Positions 33,701-45,998 are shown, counted from the first letter of the stretch. The stretch is 64,000 bases of DNA from Cladosporium halotolerans (GCF_011745625.1 NW_027191453.1:1240001-1304000), one strand, 5' to 3'. Numbers and translations: made by a program. The notes: generated from the sequence alone by a model not told the origin.

Positions 33701-36700
33701 AAGAACAGAGCCGTGCGAACATCGAAGAGGAACGTCGCAGAGCTGAGACTGAAGTGCAGCGCATCCAGCACACTCTTGAAAGCGAGCGCGCACTTGCTCT
33801 GGACAAGGAGGAGATCTTCCGCCGTCTTCAAGACCGCGAGGCTGAGCTCATTGAGAAGCTTCAGGGTGCTCTTGAGGACCAAGAGAGCCTTGAAGGTCAG
33901 GTTGACGAGCTTATGGCGGCTCGCAAGGCTGCCGAGCATGAGGCTGACGAGCGCTTGAAGCAAGTCGAGCAAGCCGGCCAGATCATTGCTCGCCTTGAGG
34001 GTGAGAAAACAGATCTGAGAGACCGTATCTCCGAGCTGGACGAGCACCTGGCTGAAGTGGAGAGGAGCCGTTCGCAGAGGACCGAGGAGGAAGAACGCCT
34101 GACTCAAGAGATCAGGATGCTACAGAGCCAACTCAGCCTCCGTGAGCGCAAGAATCAAGACCTCGAAGCCAAGCTACTTGAGAACGACCAGGAGCTTGAC
34201 CTCAAGCTCTCCAACGCCAACAAGGAGCTCCAGGGCGCTAAGAAGCAAGTTCGCGATCTCCTGGATGAGAACCGTTCCATTCGCCAGCAGATGTCTGACC
34301 TGTCTTCTACCTCCGCAAGCTTTGAGGATGTGATCCGTCGCAAGGATAGTGAGCTTGCTATCCTCAAGACCGACCTGAAGAAATACCAGGATGATCGCAA
34401 GCGATTTGAGGAGGAGAAGCACCAGCTTACGACGCAACACGGCAGTGTTCAGAACCGACTTCGCTCAGTCCAAGCTGAGATGGAGGCTGTCCGTACTCAG
34501 CATGCCCAACTCGAGCGCGAGGCAGCGGATGCGAGACGTGCCCTTGAGGAGCAAACGTCCGCCAACGAGCAAGTCGAGATGCTCGAAGCGCAGCTCCATG
34601 ATATCAAGGGCGAGCTTTTCGAAGCTCAGACTGATCTAAGCCGCGAACGCCAGTCAAGAGACGACGTCAAGAAGATCGCAGAAGCTGAGCTTGAGGATCT
34701 GAAGCGTGAGTTCGAAGCGCTCAACGACAGCAAAGTCACGATTGAGAAGGAGATGTACACGCAATCAGACGTCACCAGGCGTGCCACCAGCGCCAGAGAG
34801 CAGGCCGATCAGGAGCGCAAAGAGTATCAGGCGGAGCTGCAAGACTTGAGAAAGAAGTTCATCGAGCTGCAGGAAGCCAAGATCGACTGCGAGGCCGAGG
34901 TCGAGCGCAACGTTACCAAGCAGGCGAACGAGCGTGCAGCTCTGCTCCGCCGTGACCTGGATGACAAATGCCACCAAGTTGAGGAGATGGAGAATGATCG
35001 CGCGCGTCTGACTGGTGAAGTTCAGCGCTTGAAGCAGCTCATCGCGGATTCGGACTCATTCAAGCTGCACCACGACCAAGACAAGCAACGTCTCGAGCGC
35101 GAAATCGTCACCATCAAGGGCCGCTTGACCGCATCGGAGAACGACAACCGCGCATTGCTGAACAAAGTTCAACAGAAGAACTTGGACATCGCCCGCTCGA
35201 ACTCCAAGGCAAGCGACAACCAGCGCGTGAGACTCAACCAGGTCATTGCCGAGAAGAGCAAATCCGACGAGGAGAACAAGAAGCTACAGCGCCAGCTCAA
35301 CGATTCACAGCTCCAGATCACTTCTCTCGAGAAGCAGAAGGAGAAGCTGACGCTCAGCCTTGAGGACCTCAGCCACGAGATGGATCGCGAACACAAGACT
35401 ACGCGCAATGCTGAGCAACAATCTTCTGCTGTCAATCTTCAACTTGCCGAGGCCAACAGGAAGCTCGAGACTGAGAGGCAGCTCCGAACTCAAGCACAAC
35501 AGAACACTCGCACTGTGCAAACTTCGCTTGACGATGCCAACAAGGAGCTTGAGGAGGCGCGCGAGCACCTGCGTCTGCTGGCCAAGGTTTTCGACCCCGA
35601 GAACGGAAGCGTGCCCTCCAACCTCGATAGTGCGAAGCCGGAGCTGCAGCGCACAATTGACATTGCTCAGAAGCTTGAAGCGTCCGAGAATGCACTCCGT
35701 CTCGCGACTGATCGTTTCGCACGCGCGGAGACGCAACTGGAGAACCTTCGCTCGCAACACACCGAGGATTTGCAGGAGAACGACACACGCCACCACAACT
35801 CCAAGCGGGCTCTGCTTGAGGAGATGAACGCAAGTCAGGTTAACGCCCGGTCTTCGCCTTCCAACATCAAGCGTGACTGGGAGGCTACCCGCAAGAACTT
35901 CTCGCCTGGTGGTGTGCACACGCCTGGCAGCCAGCGCCACATCAGCAACAACACCAACGATTCCGCTCGCTCAGATCGCACGGTAGACACTGTCACGTAC
36001 CACCAGCGCATGGATCTGGCTGGTGAGCTCGAGCTGCTGCAAAACCAGCTGCAGATGTCTGAGATGAAGAACAGCCATCTGCAGGCTCAAATCGACCGCA
36101 CACCAAACAACGGCAACTGGCAAGATGACAGTCCTTCGCTGCGTCGTGTTCAGAAGCTCGAGAAGGAGAACTTCCGCCTGCATGACATGCTTGACGACTC
36201 CGCCAAGAAGGTCACGGCGCTCGAGCAGAGCATTCGCACCGGGCAGTTGTCGTTCAAGGAGGTCCAGACAAAGAGTCACGAGGAGCTCTACGATCTGATC
36301 AATTCGCAGGAGCAATCGCGCAGATCCCTGCTCACTGCCCACAATGCCGCGATCGCAGAGCTCGCCGACGCTAAGACCTCCTTCGACGACATCAAGCGCA
36401 AAAAGGTCAGCGTGGAAGTCGACCTCCGCGACGCGCAGTCAGAGCTCAACGACATCCACTACGAGCGCGAGCAGGAAGCCGCCAATCACTCCCAGCTGCT
36501 GCAGGAGTTCTCAGACCTGCAGATCAAGCTCGACACGGAAGTCTCGAAGCTGGTCGATGTCGAAGACAGCTTGGAGATGTACAAGGCTCGCTCTGACGAG
36601 TACTTTGCCAGGCTCGAGCAGGCTGAAATCGCCGTTCTCAAGGCTTCCCGCGCGGAGCAATTTGCCAAGTCCCAGGCGAAGGAGGCGGAGGAGACCTGCG

Positions 36701-38138
36701 CAAGCATCATGTCCGAGCGCAAGGAGATGGACATGGCGCTCGAAGATCTTCAGCGACAGACTCAGCAGTACGAGGAGAGAGTCGAAGATCTGTCTGCCGA
36801 CCTCGACGGCGCACTGCAGGCGAAGAAGCGTCTGCAGAACGAGCTCGAGGACTACCGCTCGCAGCGAGCGATGGACATCGAGGACAAAGAGTCTTCGATG
36901 GAGCAGACCAGAAAGAAGTACCAGTCTGAGCTCACTTCGCTCACTTCTGAGCTCGAGATTGAGCGCGACAACGTCATCCACGCTCGTGGAGAAAACGGCC
37001 GTTTGCGTGATGAGTTGGAGGAGCTTCGCGGCAAGTGGGATGATGAAGTGCTCAACAGCTCTACTTGGGCCAAGGAGAAGTCCCGATTGGAAGTCGCCTT
37101 GCAGAGCCTCTCCGACTCCAGGGACGACGCCGTTAACTCGCACAATGACGCTCAGAGCAAGATCGTGGATCTGCTCGGCCAGGTCCGTCACTTGCGCAGC
37201 AACGTCGATGATGTCGCCGCTGAGCGTGACATGTTGATCACTGAGAAGAAGGGTTTGGAGGCTAGGCTTGCGGAGGCTGCTGCAAGTCTGGAGGATATCT
37301 CCAGAAGCGGTTCGCCGACGAAGCGCGACGCTGCCATGACTGATCGTGAGGTCCTCGACCTCAAGTCCAAGCTTGCTCACTCGGAGGATGTCGCTTCTGC
37401 CGCTGTCGGCAAGATGCGCCGTTCGGAGGCTTTGGCCCAAGAGGTGCAGAAGGACATCGCCACTGAGCGCGAGAAGAGTGTGCAGCTGCACAAGGAGAAG
37501 GCTGCTCTCGAGAAGAGCGTCAAGGATCTCCAGCTCAAGTGCATTGACCTTGAGACTAAGGGCTACTCTAGCGGTAGCCAGGATGTGCGATTTTTGCACG
37601 GTCGTGTCCAAGAGGTGAGTTCACTTTCGATCGACACAAAAAGCATTGTGCTAACACAAACTCTCAGCTCGAGCAACAACTCGAAGATCTGGAGAAGAGC
37701 CGTACCTCAGAGGCTCGCAGCGTCCGCAACGTCGACCGTACGGTCAAGGACCTGCAAGCACAGATCGACCGTCGCGAGAAGTCCGCGACAATCCTGTCCG
37801 ACGACCTCGCCAAGTCTCGCGACAAGATCGAGCGTCTGCTCCAGACAATCGACGAGCTGCAGGCATCTGACTCCTCCGCGCAGCTCACCGCCAAGCGTGC
37901 CGAACGCGAGCTCCGCGAAGAACGCGAGAAGAGCCTTCGCCTCGAGCGTGAATTGGAGACTCATCGCGGCCTCCGGGTCGAACGCGGCAGCGTGGCGCGC
38001 AGCGAGCGCATCGCCGCTCTCAGCGACAACGGCGGCGGAAGCAGGAGGGCCAGCTCGGTACGGCCGGCGAGCGTGGCGGGCGACGTCAAGATCGAAGTTC
38101 CGGCGCGGCAGAGCAGTTTAACGAAGGGTTTTTTGTAG
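30788..38138 (+). CDS. MYO1: Myosin type II heavy chain; 3 exons
   Basis: Exons 30788-31237, 31294-37614 and 37668-38138. P-loop GESGAGKTENTK, NHNSSRFGKF, LDIAGFE, QLRCNGVLEGIRI, IQ motif, long heptad coiled-coil tail. Symbol follows S. cerevisiae class II naming. Confidence 0.95.
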
Positions 38139-38971
38139 ATCGGGCGCGTGAGGCGCATACGGGCATTGCGAACGGCGTTAATGTTGGCATTCGTGATTTC
38201 GTCGACCACTGGGAGGGCGACAGGGGCGATCGGGCTCCTGGGTACAACCGGGTCAGGGCGCTGAAGAGCGAGGCGTTTCTGTGAGGGGAGATGGGAGCCG
38301 ACTTCACTTCTTTTTTCTTGGTGGCACTCTGTGGGTTTACCTTGATTTTACATTTTGGGATTGGGCTTTAATATTTTTGTGGGTTTATTGCTTTATGATG
38401 GGCTTGCTGGATTATGATGGAGGCTTGGAGGGGGAGTGGTGTGGCGGATGCTGGCCACTGTATACCTATACAGACTTTCGTACTCTCGAGGATTTCCTCG
38501 CTTGCAGATACTGAATTAATGTTTGACCACGTCTTCTAAGGAATTCTTTTCGAATGCGTATGATGTTGTCAAAGAAAGGTTGGTACACAGCCAGCAGAAG
38601 GTTTGGTAGCTCCACGCTGCCGCTGATCCGGCGAACTCTCCCTCATCCCCAGCCAGCGTTTCCGGGGCACGCGATGACCGCATCAGCAACGGCCGGCAGC
38701 CAAGCACAGGGGACCTCCATCGCATCACGCCCTCGCCATCCTGCAACTGGCTTGACGGGGGAGCTTCTCCTCACTCACGCGAGTACGTATATGCACCCCG
38801 CAGGCTCTGCTGTGAGATATTGCTGCAAGCTGGATGCTGGAGCAGCGTTGCCGATGGTCTAGCTGCGTAGCTGTGGTGGCATAAGAAGGTGGGTTGAGCC
38901 CGCGATCGGTCCATACTATTGAGTGAGAGCCAGAGCTGACTGCATTGAAGACAAATTCGCAATACTGCAAA

Positions 38972-40384
38972 ATGGCGGATACGCAGGACGATATCGTCTA
39001 CAATGCGCAGCTCGTAAGATACTTTGACGCTCTTTTCTCCCTTCATTCTGCTGAGTACGGCAACCAGGATGCTTTCACGCTTTATCATATGATCCAGGAG
39101 GAAGCTGGCAAAACGTCGTCTCTCGGTGGCGGACCGATCTTGCCTGCCCTTGGCCATGCTGTTGCTGGTTCTGCTGCCACCGCTGCGACGAAGTTGCTGC
39201 TTTACCCATTGGATCTTGTCATCACCCGCCTGCAGGTCCAAAGGCAGCTATCTGGGCCGAAAGAAGCACCGTCGGCAGCCCGGGATGCCGATGCTGAATA
39301 TGAGAATCTCATCGATGCAGCTCGGAAAATCTACGATACCGAAGGCGGGCTGAAGGCCTTCTACACAGGTTTGGCTCCTGACGTTCTGAAGGGCTTGGCG
39401 GATTCGTTCTTGTTTTTCCTCGTTTACAATTTCTTGCGTCAGCGCCAGACCAAGAAATTTGGTAGCAGCTTGCCCGTCCACCAGGAGCTCGGGATTGGTG
39501 TCGGCGCTGGGGCTCTGGCTCGATTCGTCACCACGCCTTTGCAGAACATTATCACTCGCCAGCAAACCGCTGCGCTTGTGGCGGCACGCGACCCGACCTC
39601 GTCAACCTCGCCGAGTCAGAGCAGTAAATTGACCGTGAAAGATATTGCTCTGCAAATCCGATCGGAGCGCGGTTTGAAGGGTTTCTGGGCTGGATACAGC
39701 GCCAGCGTCATTCTGACTCTCAACCCTGCCATCACTTTTGCTGTCGATAATCTTTTGCACCGGCTACTGCCGCGAGCCCGTCGAGAGAATCCCACGCCGC
39801 AAATGACCTTCCTCATCGCTGCCACCAGCAAAGCCATCGCCACGGCCATTACGTACCCGGTCAGCCTGGCCAAGTCCCGGGCCCAGACGAAAGCTCCTGC
39901 CGAGGATTTGGAGACAGAGGTCACTGAGAAAGATGACGCTTATGTGCCACCGGCCCTCGACGAACCCGAGATGAACGCCACTCCAAAGCGCCGCAAAGCC
40001 ACTGATCACCTCAAGACGGCTCTACGCCTGATGTCTGCCCAGTACGCCGTCATAGTGTCGCTCCGCAAGATTTACAGATCTGAAGGCGTCAGCGGACTTT
40101 ACTCTGGCTTGGAAGCTGAGGTTCTCAAGGGATTTCTCAGCCATGGGTTGACTATGGCTATGAAGGAAAGCGTACATGTTGGTGTTATCCAGCTGTACTA
40201 TGCTCTGCTTAAGTTGACGAAGAAATGGCCAGCTGAGTTGCAGAAAGCTCAGGTTTCAGCGTCACATGCGATCGATGATGCGAGAGAACACGCAAGCCAT
40301 GCTGTGGAAGACGTCAAAGAGAAGGCCGAAAGCGTCGCTGCCAGTGGGAAGCAGGTCGTGTGGGGAGGGGAGAAGAAGGACTAA
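38972..40384 (+). CDS. ANT1: Mitochondrial-carrier-family protein, peroxisomal adenine nucleotide transporter ANT1-like; probable 54-nt intron 39014-39067
   Basis: Three carrier repeats (YPLDLVITRLQVQ, TPLQNIITRQQT, YPVSLAKSRAQT; GLKAFYTG, GLKGFWAG, GVSGLYSG). ALGHAVAG start of repeat 1. Confidence 0.8.
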   Translation: MADTQDDIVYNAQLVRYFDALFSLHSAEYGNQDAFTLYHMIQEEAGKTSSLGGGPILPALGHAVAGSAATAATKLLLYPLDLVITRLQVQRQLSGPKEAPSAARDADAEYENLIDAARKIYDTEGGLKAFYTGLAPDVLKGLADSFLFFLVYNFLRQRQTKKFGSSLPVHQELGIGVGAGALARFVTTPLQNIITRQQTAALVAARDPTSSTSPSQSSKLTVKDIALQIRSERGLKGFWAGYSASVILTLNPAITFAVDNLLHRLLPRARRENPTPQMTFLIAATSKAIATAITYPVSLAKSRAQTKAPAEDLETEVTEKDDAYVPPALDEPEMNATPKRRKATDHLKTALRLMSAQYAVIVSLRKIYRSEGVSGLYSGLEAEVLKGFLSHGLTMAMKESVHVGVIQLYYALLKLTKKWPAELQKAQVSASHAIDDAREHASHAVEDVKEKAESVAASGKQVVWGGEKKD

Positions 40385-40610
40385 TGTATTGGGCAATCTG
40401 GCGTCACGGATTTCACGGAAGATTGTAAGCGATATTCAGTTTCGGGGGGGGTTCAGAATCGTTCAATTCAGCTTTGACCGCGGTATGAAGTAAGTCGCTT
40501 GCCCTCTCTCTTGCGCCCACAGTATGCTTCGCTTATGCTTCATGTCCATCGCCTCTTAATCGCCCATGTTGCTGGTCGCTTTGTGACTGATCGCCGTGTG
40601 ATTGATTGCT

Positions 40611-41270
40611 TCAGGTACGTGGGTTACTGCCACGATTGTCGCCTGCTGCTGTGGTGTTGCCGCCCTCGCGATCGGTATCCAGCCGTCCCTGGCGTCTCTG
40701 ATCAAGGAAGTACTCGATCGCCACCATGATCTCGTCTCTCAGCCTCAGTTCGGCGGCCATTCTCTCCAGCTGCTCTCTGTCCCCCCTCATTCTCTCGATC
40801 CGAGCTTCTAGCTCTTCCACCTCTTCTCTCAGCCTTTCTCTCGGGTGATCTGCCGCCCAGCTCTGTGTGAGGATGCCGTCGCGCAGGTAACGCGCGGTGC
40901 CGGCGACGTCGATCGTGTTGTCGAGTTCGATCCGAAGGATCGACAGCTGCCGCTCGAGCTCGATGGCGGCGTTTTGCGCGTTGGAGAGCGCGTCTCTGGT
41001 GGTGTTGAGTCGTCTGTTGAAGACACTCATTTGACTCGCGACGTTGCGGTCGCGGTCGCGGATGGTTTGGTGGTCGTGTTGAACGACCGGCGTGCTCTCG
41101 GCGGCAGCACGCTCTTCTTGCGCTGCTGCGCTCGTCGCCACCGCGTTGTGGTGGACGAAGGTGCCCGGAATGGGCGAGCTGATGACGAGCGCCGGGCGGC
41201 GCTCGTCATCGCCCTTCTTGAACAGCCTCGAGGCTGCGGTGCGGAGGCGGCTGGTGGTACCGTTGGTCAT
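40611..41270 (-). CDS. Hypothetical coiled-coil protein
   Basis: 219-aa ATG-initiated ORF with coding-like codon bias and heptad-rich segments (RERLREEVEELEARIERM). No family recognised. Confidence 0.65.
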   Translation of the reverse strand: MTNGTTSRLRTAASRLFKKGDDERRPALVISSPIPGTFVHHNAVATSAAAQEERAAAESTPVVQHDHQTIRDRDRNVASQMSVFNRRLNTTRDALSNAQNAAIELERQLSILRIELDNTIDVAGTARYLRDGILTQSWAADHPRERLREEVEELEARIERMRGDREQLERMAAELRLRDEIMVAIEYFLDQRRQGRLDTDREGGNTTAAGDNRGSNPRT

Positions 41271-42033
41271 CTTGTCTGCGCGTGAATGTCAGCAATGTCG
41301 TTCTTTGGAGTATTCACAATGAAAACTCTCACGGCAATGTGGTCAGTGGCTATGGTAGGAGTTCAAGGGAGAAGAGAAGTGTGCAGCCGGTTTTATTTCT
41401 CAAGTAGAAGCGTAGCATGTGACAGACAAGGATGGCAGTGTGTGTATCATGTGAATATCGCAAGCACGGGAGTGGTTTGAAGCCCACGCGTTTGATAGAC
41501 ACGTGATTGTAAGTGAAGTCCATCACAATTCTGACATGTCCCACTACCGACGCTACGGCCACCGCTCATTGGTACATACATCATCTGCTCTGGGAGAAAG
41601 CACGTATGAGTGAAAACGCATCTCACAAACCCTGTTCGTCCGCCATCTCAACAGAGGCAATGGTATTTGCACCATGTTGCAATACTATCTGTGTCACAAT
41701 CAAGAGCGATCACCACAACAAAAGTAGGCTGTTCAGGCAACGCAGAGGTTGATAGCAGCTCCAACAGCGATCACACAATACGAGGGATGTCAAGTGCATT
41801 TGATGTTGGACATGGATCTTCAAGGCTCGGAGATGATGGCCGCAGCATGGAGAAATGCACTACAAATGGGAGAATTATAAGTCAACGGTTATCTCCGGAT
41901 TCAGCCCATTTCAATGCGCTGGCGACGAAGGTAGTTGCATATATCTCTGTATGTGATTTGGCGAAGAAAAGAAGAAGAAGTCTAGATATACACTTTATGA
42001 ACTGCATAGCCTCGTTTCAGAAGTCTCCGACCC

Positions 42034-43614
42034 TCAACGTGTCTTCCGCGCCCAACCAAAATCCATGACGATCAGTGGCAGTGCGCTGTTGCGACGTAGG
42101 AAATTGATCCGTCGTACAGCACCTAGTACCTTGCTCTCCGCCTCCAACCACAACATTGCCTTCTGCTTCTCGATGCTCAGCTGATCGTGAGTCTCGGCTT
42201 CCTCGACGTGCAGTGTGTTCAAGATTTCTCGAACCATTGGTCTATCCGACGATATTCCCTGCTGTGTAGGCAGTGCCTTCAGACCTGCGTGCGTGGGAAG
42301 CCAACCTTGAGCGACATTGATGTAGTTGAGGTTTTTCCACGTATCAACCAGCGCCGATGATGTGCTTGTGCCGGCGGAAGACCAGTCGTCGCCGTCAATA
42401 GCGCGGCCTGGAATTTTGGGAAACGCCGCCAGCAGTGCTAGCGCAGGTGCCCAAGAGGTGCAGCCTTCGATGTCAAGCCACTGAAGCCGGAGCAGGTGTA
42501 AGCTCAACTGCCGAAGTATTGATGCCGGCTCGTTCAGATCTTGATCAAGGGCGGAGTATATGTGTGAGCCACCCGCGGCGACATCTGGACCGTGTTGACT
42601 CGAGACCATGGTGGTTGATAAGTTTGGCGTCAATGTTGGTCGTGGCCAGTATGCCAATGACAAGTGAGTAATTTGAGGGGTGTGTTTCGTGAAAGATAAG
42701 AGATCTCGCCAGAGGGTGGTGGAAGGCGGATGTGAAAGGGACAGGTGTGTGAGATGTGAGAACCTCGAGGGTGAGAGACCGCTACCCAGGGAAGATTCGG
42801 AAGATTCTTCATCTTCCCACGAGTCTGCCACGTTATCTGTCGCTGTTTGATGCAGTTGAGGTGCTTCTGCTCGGAATCGCTTTGCTAGACGTGGCAATGT
42901 CAGAGTACTGTGACCAACAAGCCCGGACAGATCCAGGTATGTGACTTTGTCAGAGCCTTGGGTCAATCCATCGAATGCCTCGAGGTTAACTCCAGGGCCA
43001 TAAACGCAGAGGTATGAAAGCAATTGCAACCTCATTTGAAGCGGGAGCTCTGCTAAGGCCGGGTAGTCCTCCTCATCCAATAGATCCCACTGTGTCGCCA
43101 GTGTCTTCAGCGTGTAATGCATCAGAGTATGAGCTCCGTGGATGACATCTTCCGATCTAGCATTGAGGCCAGCTGCACGGACGAACCTCTCGACCTCCCG
43201 AGGCTTGAATCGTTCCGCTGTGGCAAGAGCACCATTCTTGCCTCTCCTGCGACCACGCAACACGAAAGTTGATACCGATCTGCCGGCGCCCTGAGACGTC
43301 CACGACCTTGGCGGTGCGGGTCCAGGAGTCCTAAGCCTGTCCCGTACTCTAATCCCTGGCCGAGATCTGGGTGGTGCAGTTTCAGGAACACCTAGAATGC
43401 CTCGAAGCTCAGGCGGGATGGATCTTTGACTGACGAGTTCGGCGATCTCGCGTTTTTTCGATGCGGCATCAGGACCTTCGATTTTGCGAAGCTCGCTCAG
43501 CTTCTCAATCACGGAGGAAGCCAGGGCATCATTTTTGGAAGCAGGTGGTCGGGATGTTGACGATGACGGGCCTTGGTGTTGTTTGAGGTGGTTGAAAGTG
43601 CGCTTTTTGGGCAT
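42034..43614 (-). CDS. Hypothetical protein with LRR/RNI-like segments
   Basis: 526-aa ORF. Repeats VTYLDLSG, LTHLSLSHP, ITHLSLAYW, LQWLDIEGC. N-terminal TPGPAPPRSW motif. Confidence 0.8.
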   Translation of the reverse strand: MPKKRTFNHLKQHQGPSSSTSRPPASKNDALASSVIEKLSELRKIEGPDAASKKREIAELVSQRSIPPELRGILGVPETAPPRSRPGIRVRDRLRTPGPAPPRSWTSQGAGRSVSTFVLRGRRRGKNGALATAERFKPREVERFVRAAGLNARSEDVIHGAHTLMHYTLKTLATQWDLLDEEDYPALAELPLQMRLQLLSYLCVYGPGVNLEAFDGLTQGSDKVTYLDLSGLVGHSTLTLPRLAKRFRAEAPQLHQTATDNVADSWEDEESSESSLGSGLSPSRFSHLTHLSLSHPPSTTLWRDLLSFTKHTPQITHLSLAYWPRPTLTPNLSTTMVSSQHGPDVAAGGSHIYSALDQDLNEPASILRQLSLHLLRLQWLDIEGCTSWAPALALLAAFPKIPGRAIDGDDWSSAGTSTSSALVDTWKNLNYINVAQGWLPTHAGLKALPTQQGISSDRPMVREILNTLHVEEAETHDQLSIEKQKAMLWLEAESKVLGAVRRINFLRRNSALPLIVMDFGWARKTR

Positions 43615-43964
43615 TCAGACGGTTTGAGCGGTTTTGTTCAGGCGGACAATAACCGGTACTCGGGTGTCATGGAGCTGCTTATGATTGCCCGACGGGATTG
43701 ACTGATGGATGGCTGCTTACATGTGGCGACCGGACTTTAGATGACATAAGGTGAGTCGCTCGTGCGCATGTGACGCTCATTGGCTGTGCGGACTGGAGTC
43801 ACTTCGCTGTGAAGACAAGCCGCCAGCCCGATCGACCGTTGGAGATGACCACGACGCAAGCGCGCAGGAAACCCGTGCACGCGCATTCCTATCTCCGCTC
43901 CCTGGCTCTCGTCATGTAGTATCCAGGACGTAGCCACAACTTGTGGTGACTCAATCTCGTCGAA

Positions 43965-44549
43965 ATGGCTGACACTATCATCCGCCCGCCGACCTTCTCT
44001 AAAGCCGGTCCTTCAGCCGACTTCATCCTTCCAACCATACCATGGCTGTCCGAGACCTGGCACGTCACTCATTCTAGCCTGCCCATGTGGAATTCGAAGC
44101 GTAATGTGCAAATCAAATACACGCCTTTGCCGCCATCATCCGACGCTGTACCGGCGGAGTCAAGCGACAGGCTAGACGACCTCGTGAGCTACCAGTCACT
44201 CTCAAATGCAAAAGTACACACGATAGAAGGTGTTGATGCGGCGAGCGGTGAAGGAAGAGGAGAATGGGACTGGCGAGGCAAAGGCTGGTTGAAGATCGCT
44301 TCTAGTCACTGGGAAGTGCTTGGTTGGGGAGAAGAAGAAGGCACCGGGAACAAATGGGTCGTGACCTGTTTTGCGAAGACACTATTCACGCCTGCTGGTG
44401 TCGATTTCTACTCAAAGGATCAGGGCGGGTTGCGTCCCGAGACCATTGAAGCCATCAAGCAAAAGCTCGCGGCTGTAGAGGATGCTGGCATCAGGAAAAT
44501 GGCCGGCGATCTATTCGAGGTGAAGATTGATGGCGCGAGGCAAATGTAA
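43965..44549 (+). CDS. Conserved hypothetical protein, possibly lipocalin-like beta-barrel
   Basis: 194-aa ORF with Trp-rich motifs WHVTHSSLPMW, WDWRGKGWLKIASSHWEVLGWG, WVVTCFAKTLFTPAGVDFYS. Fold is an inference. Confidence 0.8.
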   Translation: MADTIIRPPTFSKAGPSADFILPTIPWLSETWHVTHSSLPMWNSKRNVQIKYTPLPPSSDAVPAESSDRLDDLVSYQSLSNAKVHTIEGVDAASGEGRGEWDWRGKGWLKIASSHWEVLGWGEEEGTGNKWVVTCFAKTLFTPAGVDFYSKDQGGLRPETIEAIKQKLAAVEDAGIRKMAGDLFEVKIDGARQM

Positions 44550-45176
44550 TGAGAGCGTGTGGGACAACTGTTATCGACTGAATAGTACTACATTTCTAAC
44601 AACTATCCGCTATCATGTTGATGCATATCTTACCTTTCATTTCTGCGCCCTCCATAACTCATGTTGACGACTTCCAGCAACTCCAGTACTTAATTCGGTT
44701 GTAATCATACCAGGCATCTGTGATTCTGTAACAGTACCGGGTGAGAATGGCTTTTGCGGCCGGCAACGAGCGTGTTTTTTATTCTGGTACTACCTCAACT
44801 AGCACGTGAGCTTGATGCCTGCTGAGTACTTGTACCATGGTATCCGCGAAGGAGATATGCCGGAAGCCGACAGAGCATATTCCGTCATCAGGAACAGGAA
44901 TTCGAACGCGATACTCAATAACTTACAGTAACCCTGCCATTTTCACACACCGTTCTCATCGCGCGCAAGCAAATACTAGTCGCGGGGTGTCTTCGGTGAC
45001 CCGGCTTGAAGATGCATTGTAGACAAAAGAAACTCAACATTGTATTTGAGCGCGCACGTTGCTGCCAGGGTATGGGGATACAGCTCGCTTTCGACCCTCT
45101 ATGTTACGTACAGTACTGGGACTCGCCGTATCTTCATCTCGTCCAGCCTCTTCCACTCAAGCGTTCCTCGAATCGT

Positions 45177-45713
45177 CTAGTACCAGGTCTTGTGGCCAAG
45201 GACCATGCGGCACATCATGTACAGGCATGCTGTAGCTTGTTAATCGCCGTGACTTTCTTGCGGTGCACTTCCTGTTTGGCTTACCGGAGGAGGTCGCGAT
45301 CATGGTGGCGTAGTAGGGGTAAAGCATGAGCTTGGCGCGAGGGCCCTGCAATGTTTGTGTCAGCCTGTTCTCCTCAACGCCTCAGACTCTTTCCATGCGC
45401 GCTCGCATTATACGCTCCCACATCATGCGATCTCTTCTCTTCTCTTCTCTTCCCCTCCCTTCTCGTCCTCCAGAATGTGCCGTGTGTTGACCAACCTTCT
45501 GCCACTGCCTGAGACCGTCGTGGTTCTGGTGGAGCCTCTGCCACGCAGGGACCTTGTTCTGGCGGTAGAGGCCAGGGAAGTTGATGCTGCATGCCTTGTT
45601 AGCACGCATTCCTTCTGATCTGAAGGTCGCGGTCATGGCTGTGCTTCGAGCGCGACGTTTCGGATGGCCTCGAATTTGACATACCCGGCACGGCGAGCGA
45701 TAGTAGGACGCAT
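45177..45713 (-). CDS. COX7: Cytochrome c oxidase subunit VII (COX7a family); 4 exons
   Basis: Exons 45713-45685, 45586-45496, 45345-45285 and 45229-45177. Spliced product MRPTIARRAGINFPGLYRQNKVPAWQRLHQNHDGLRQWQKGPRAKLMLYPYYATMIATSSACLYMMCRMVLGHKTWY*. All three introns are GT-AG. Confidence 0.85.
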
Positions 45714-45998
45714 TTTCGTAGGAGTGGAGTGGTGTAGAGGGTTTGGGTAGACGCAATGGCTGTAATGAGTGGTCGCGAGAGGTTCAGGGCGACGACGTGA
45801 GCTTCGGCAAGGTCCGGTCAGCGGCGACGATGAAGAATGGAAGGTATGACGGATACTGCCTGAGGCAGCCATATCCTCCAAAAGTTCCGGCCTAGCAATT
45901 ACCATCAACTCCTGTAGCAAAAGCACCGCCGTACTGGCGCTATACAATCCTTATGCAATGGCGCTTGACGGAGAAGGAGACCTGAGCCGCGCTGTGCA

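Noticed and set aside
32821..37611. Long minus-strand ORFs (428, 211 and 366 aa) inside myosin
   Set aside because: Leu/Val-rich antisense mirror of Glu/Lys/Gln coiled-coil codons. No independent motifs.
45376..45432. Possible box C/D snoRNA in COX7 intron 2 (ATGATGT...CTGA with CGC/GCG ends, minus strand)
   Set aside because: Box C is imperfect, the span is only about 50 nt, and no rRNA guide is recognisable. The adjacent (GAAGA)n tract explains the intron length.
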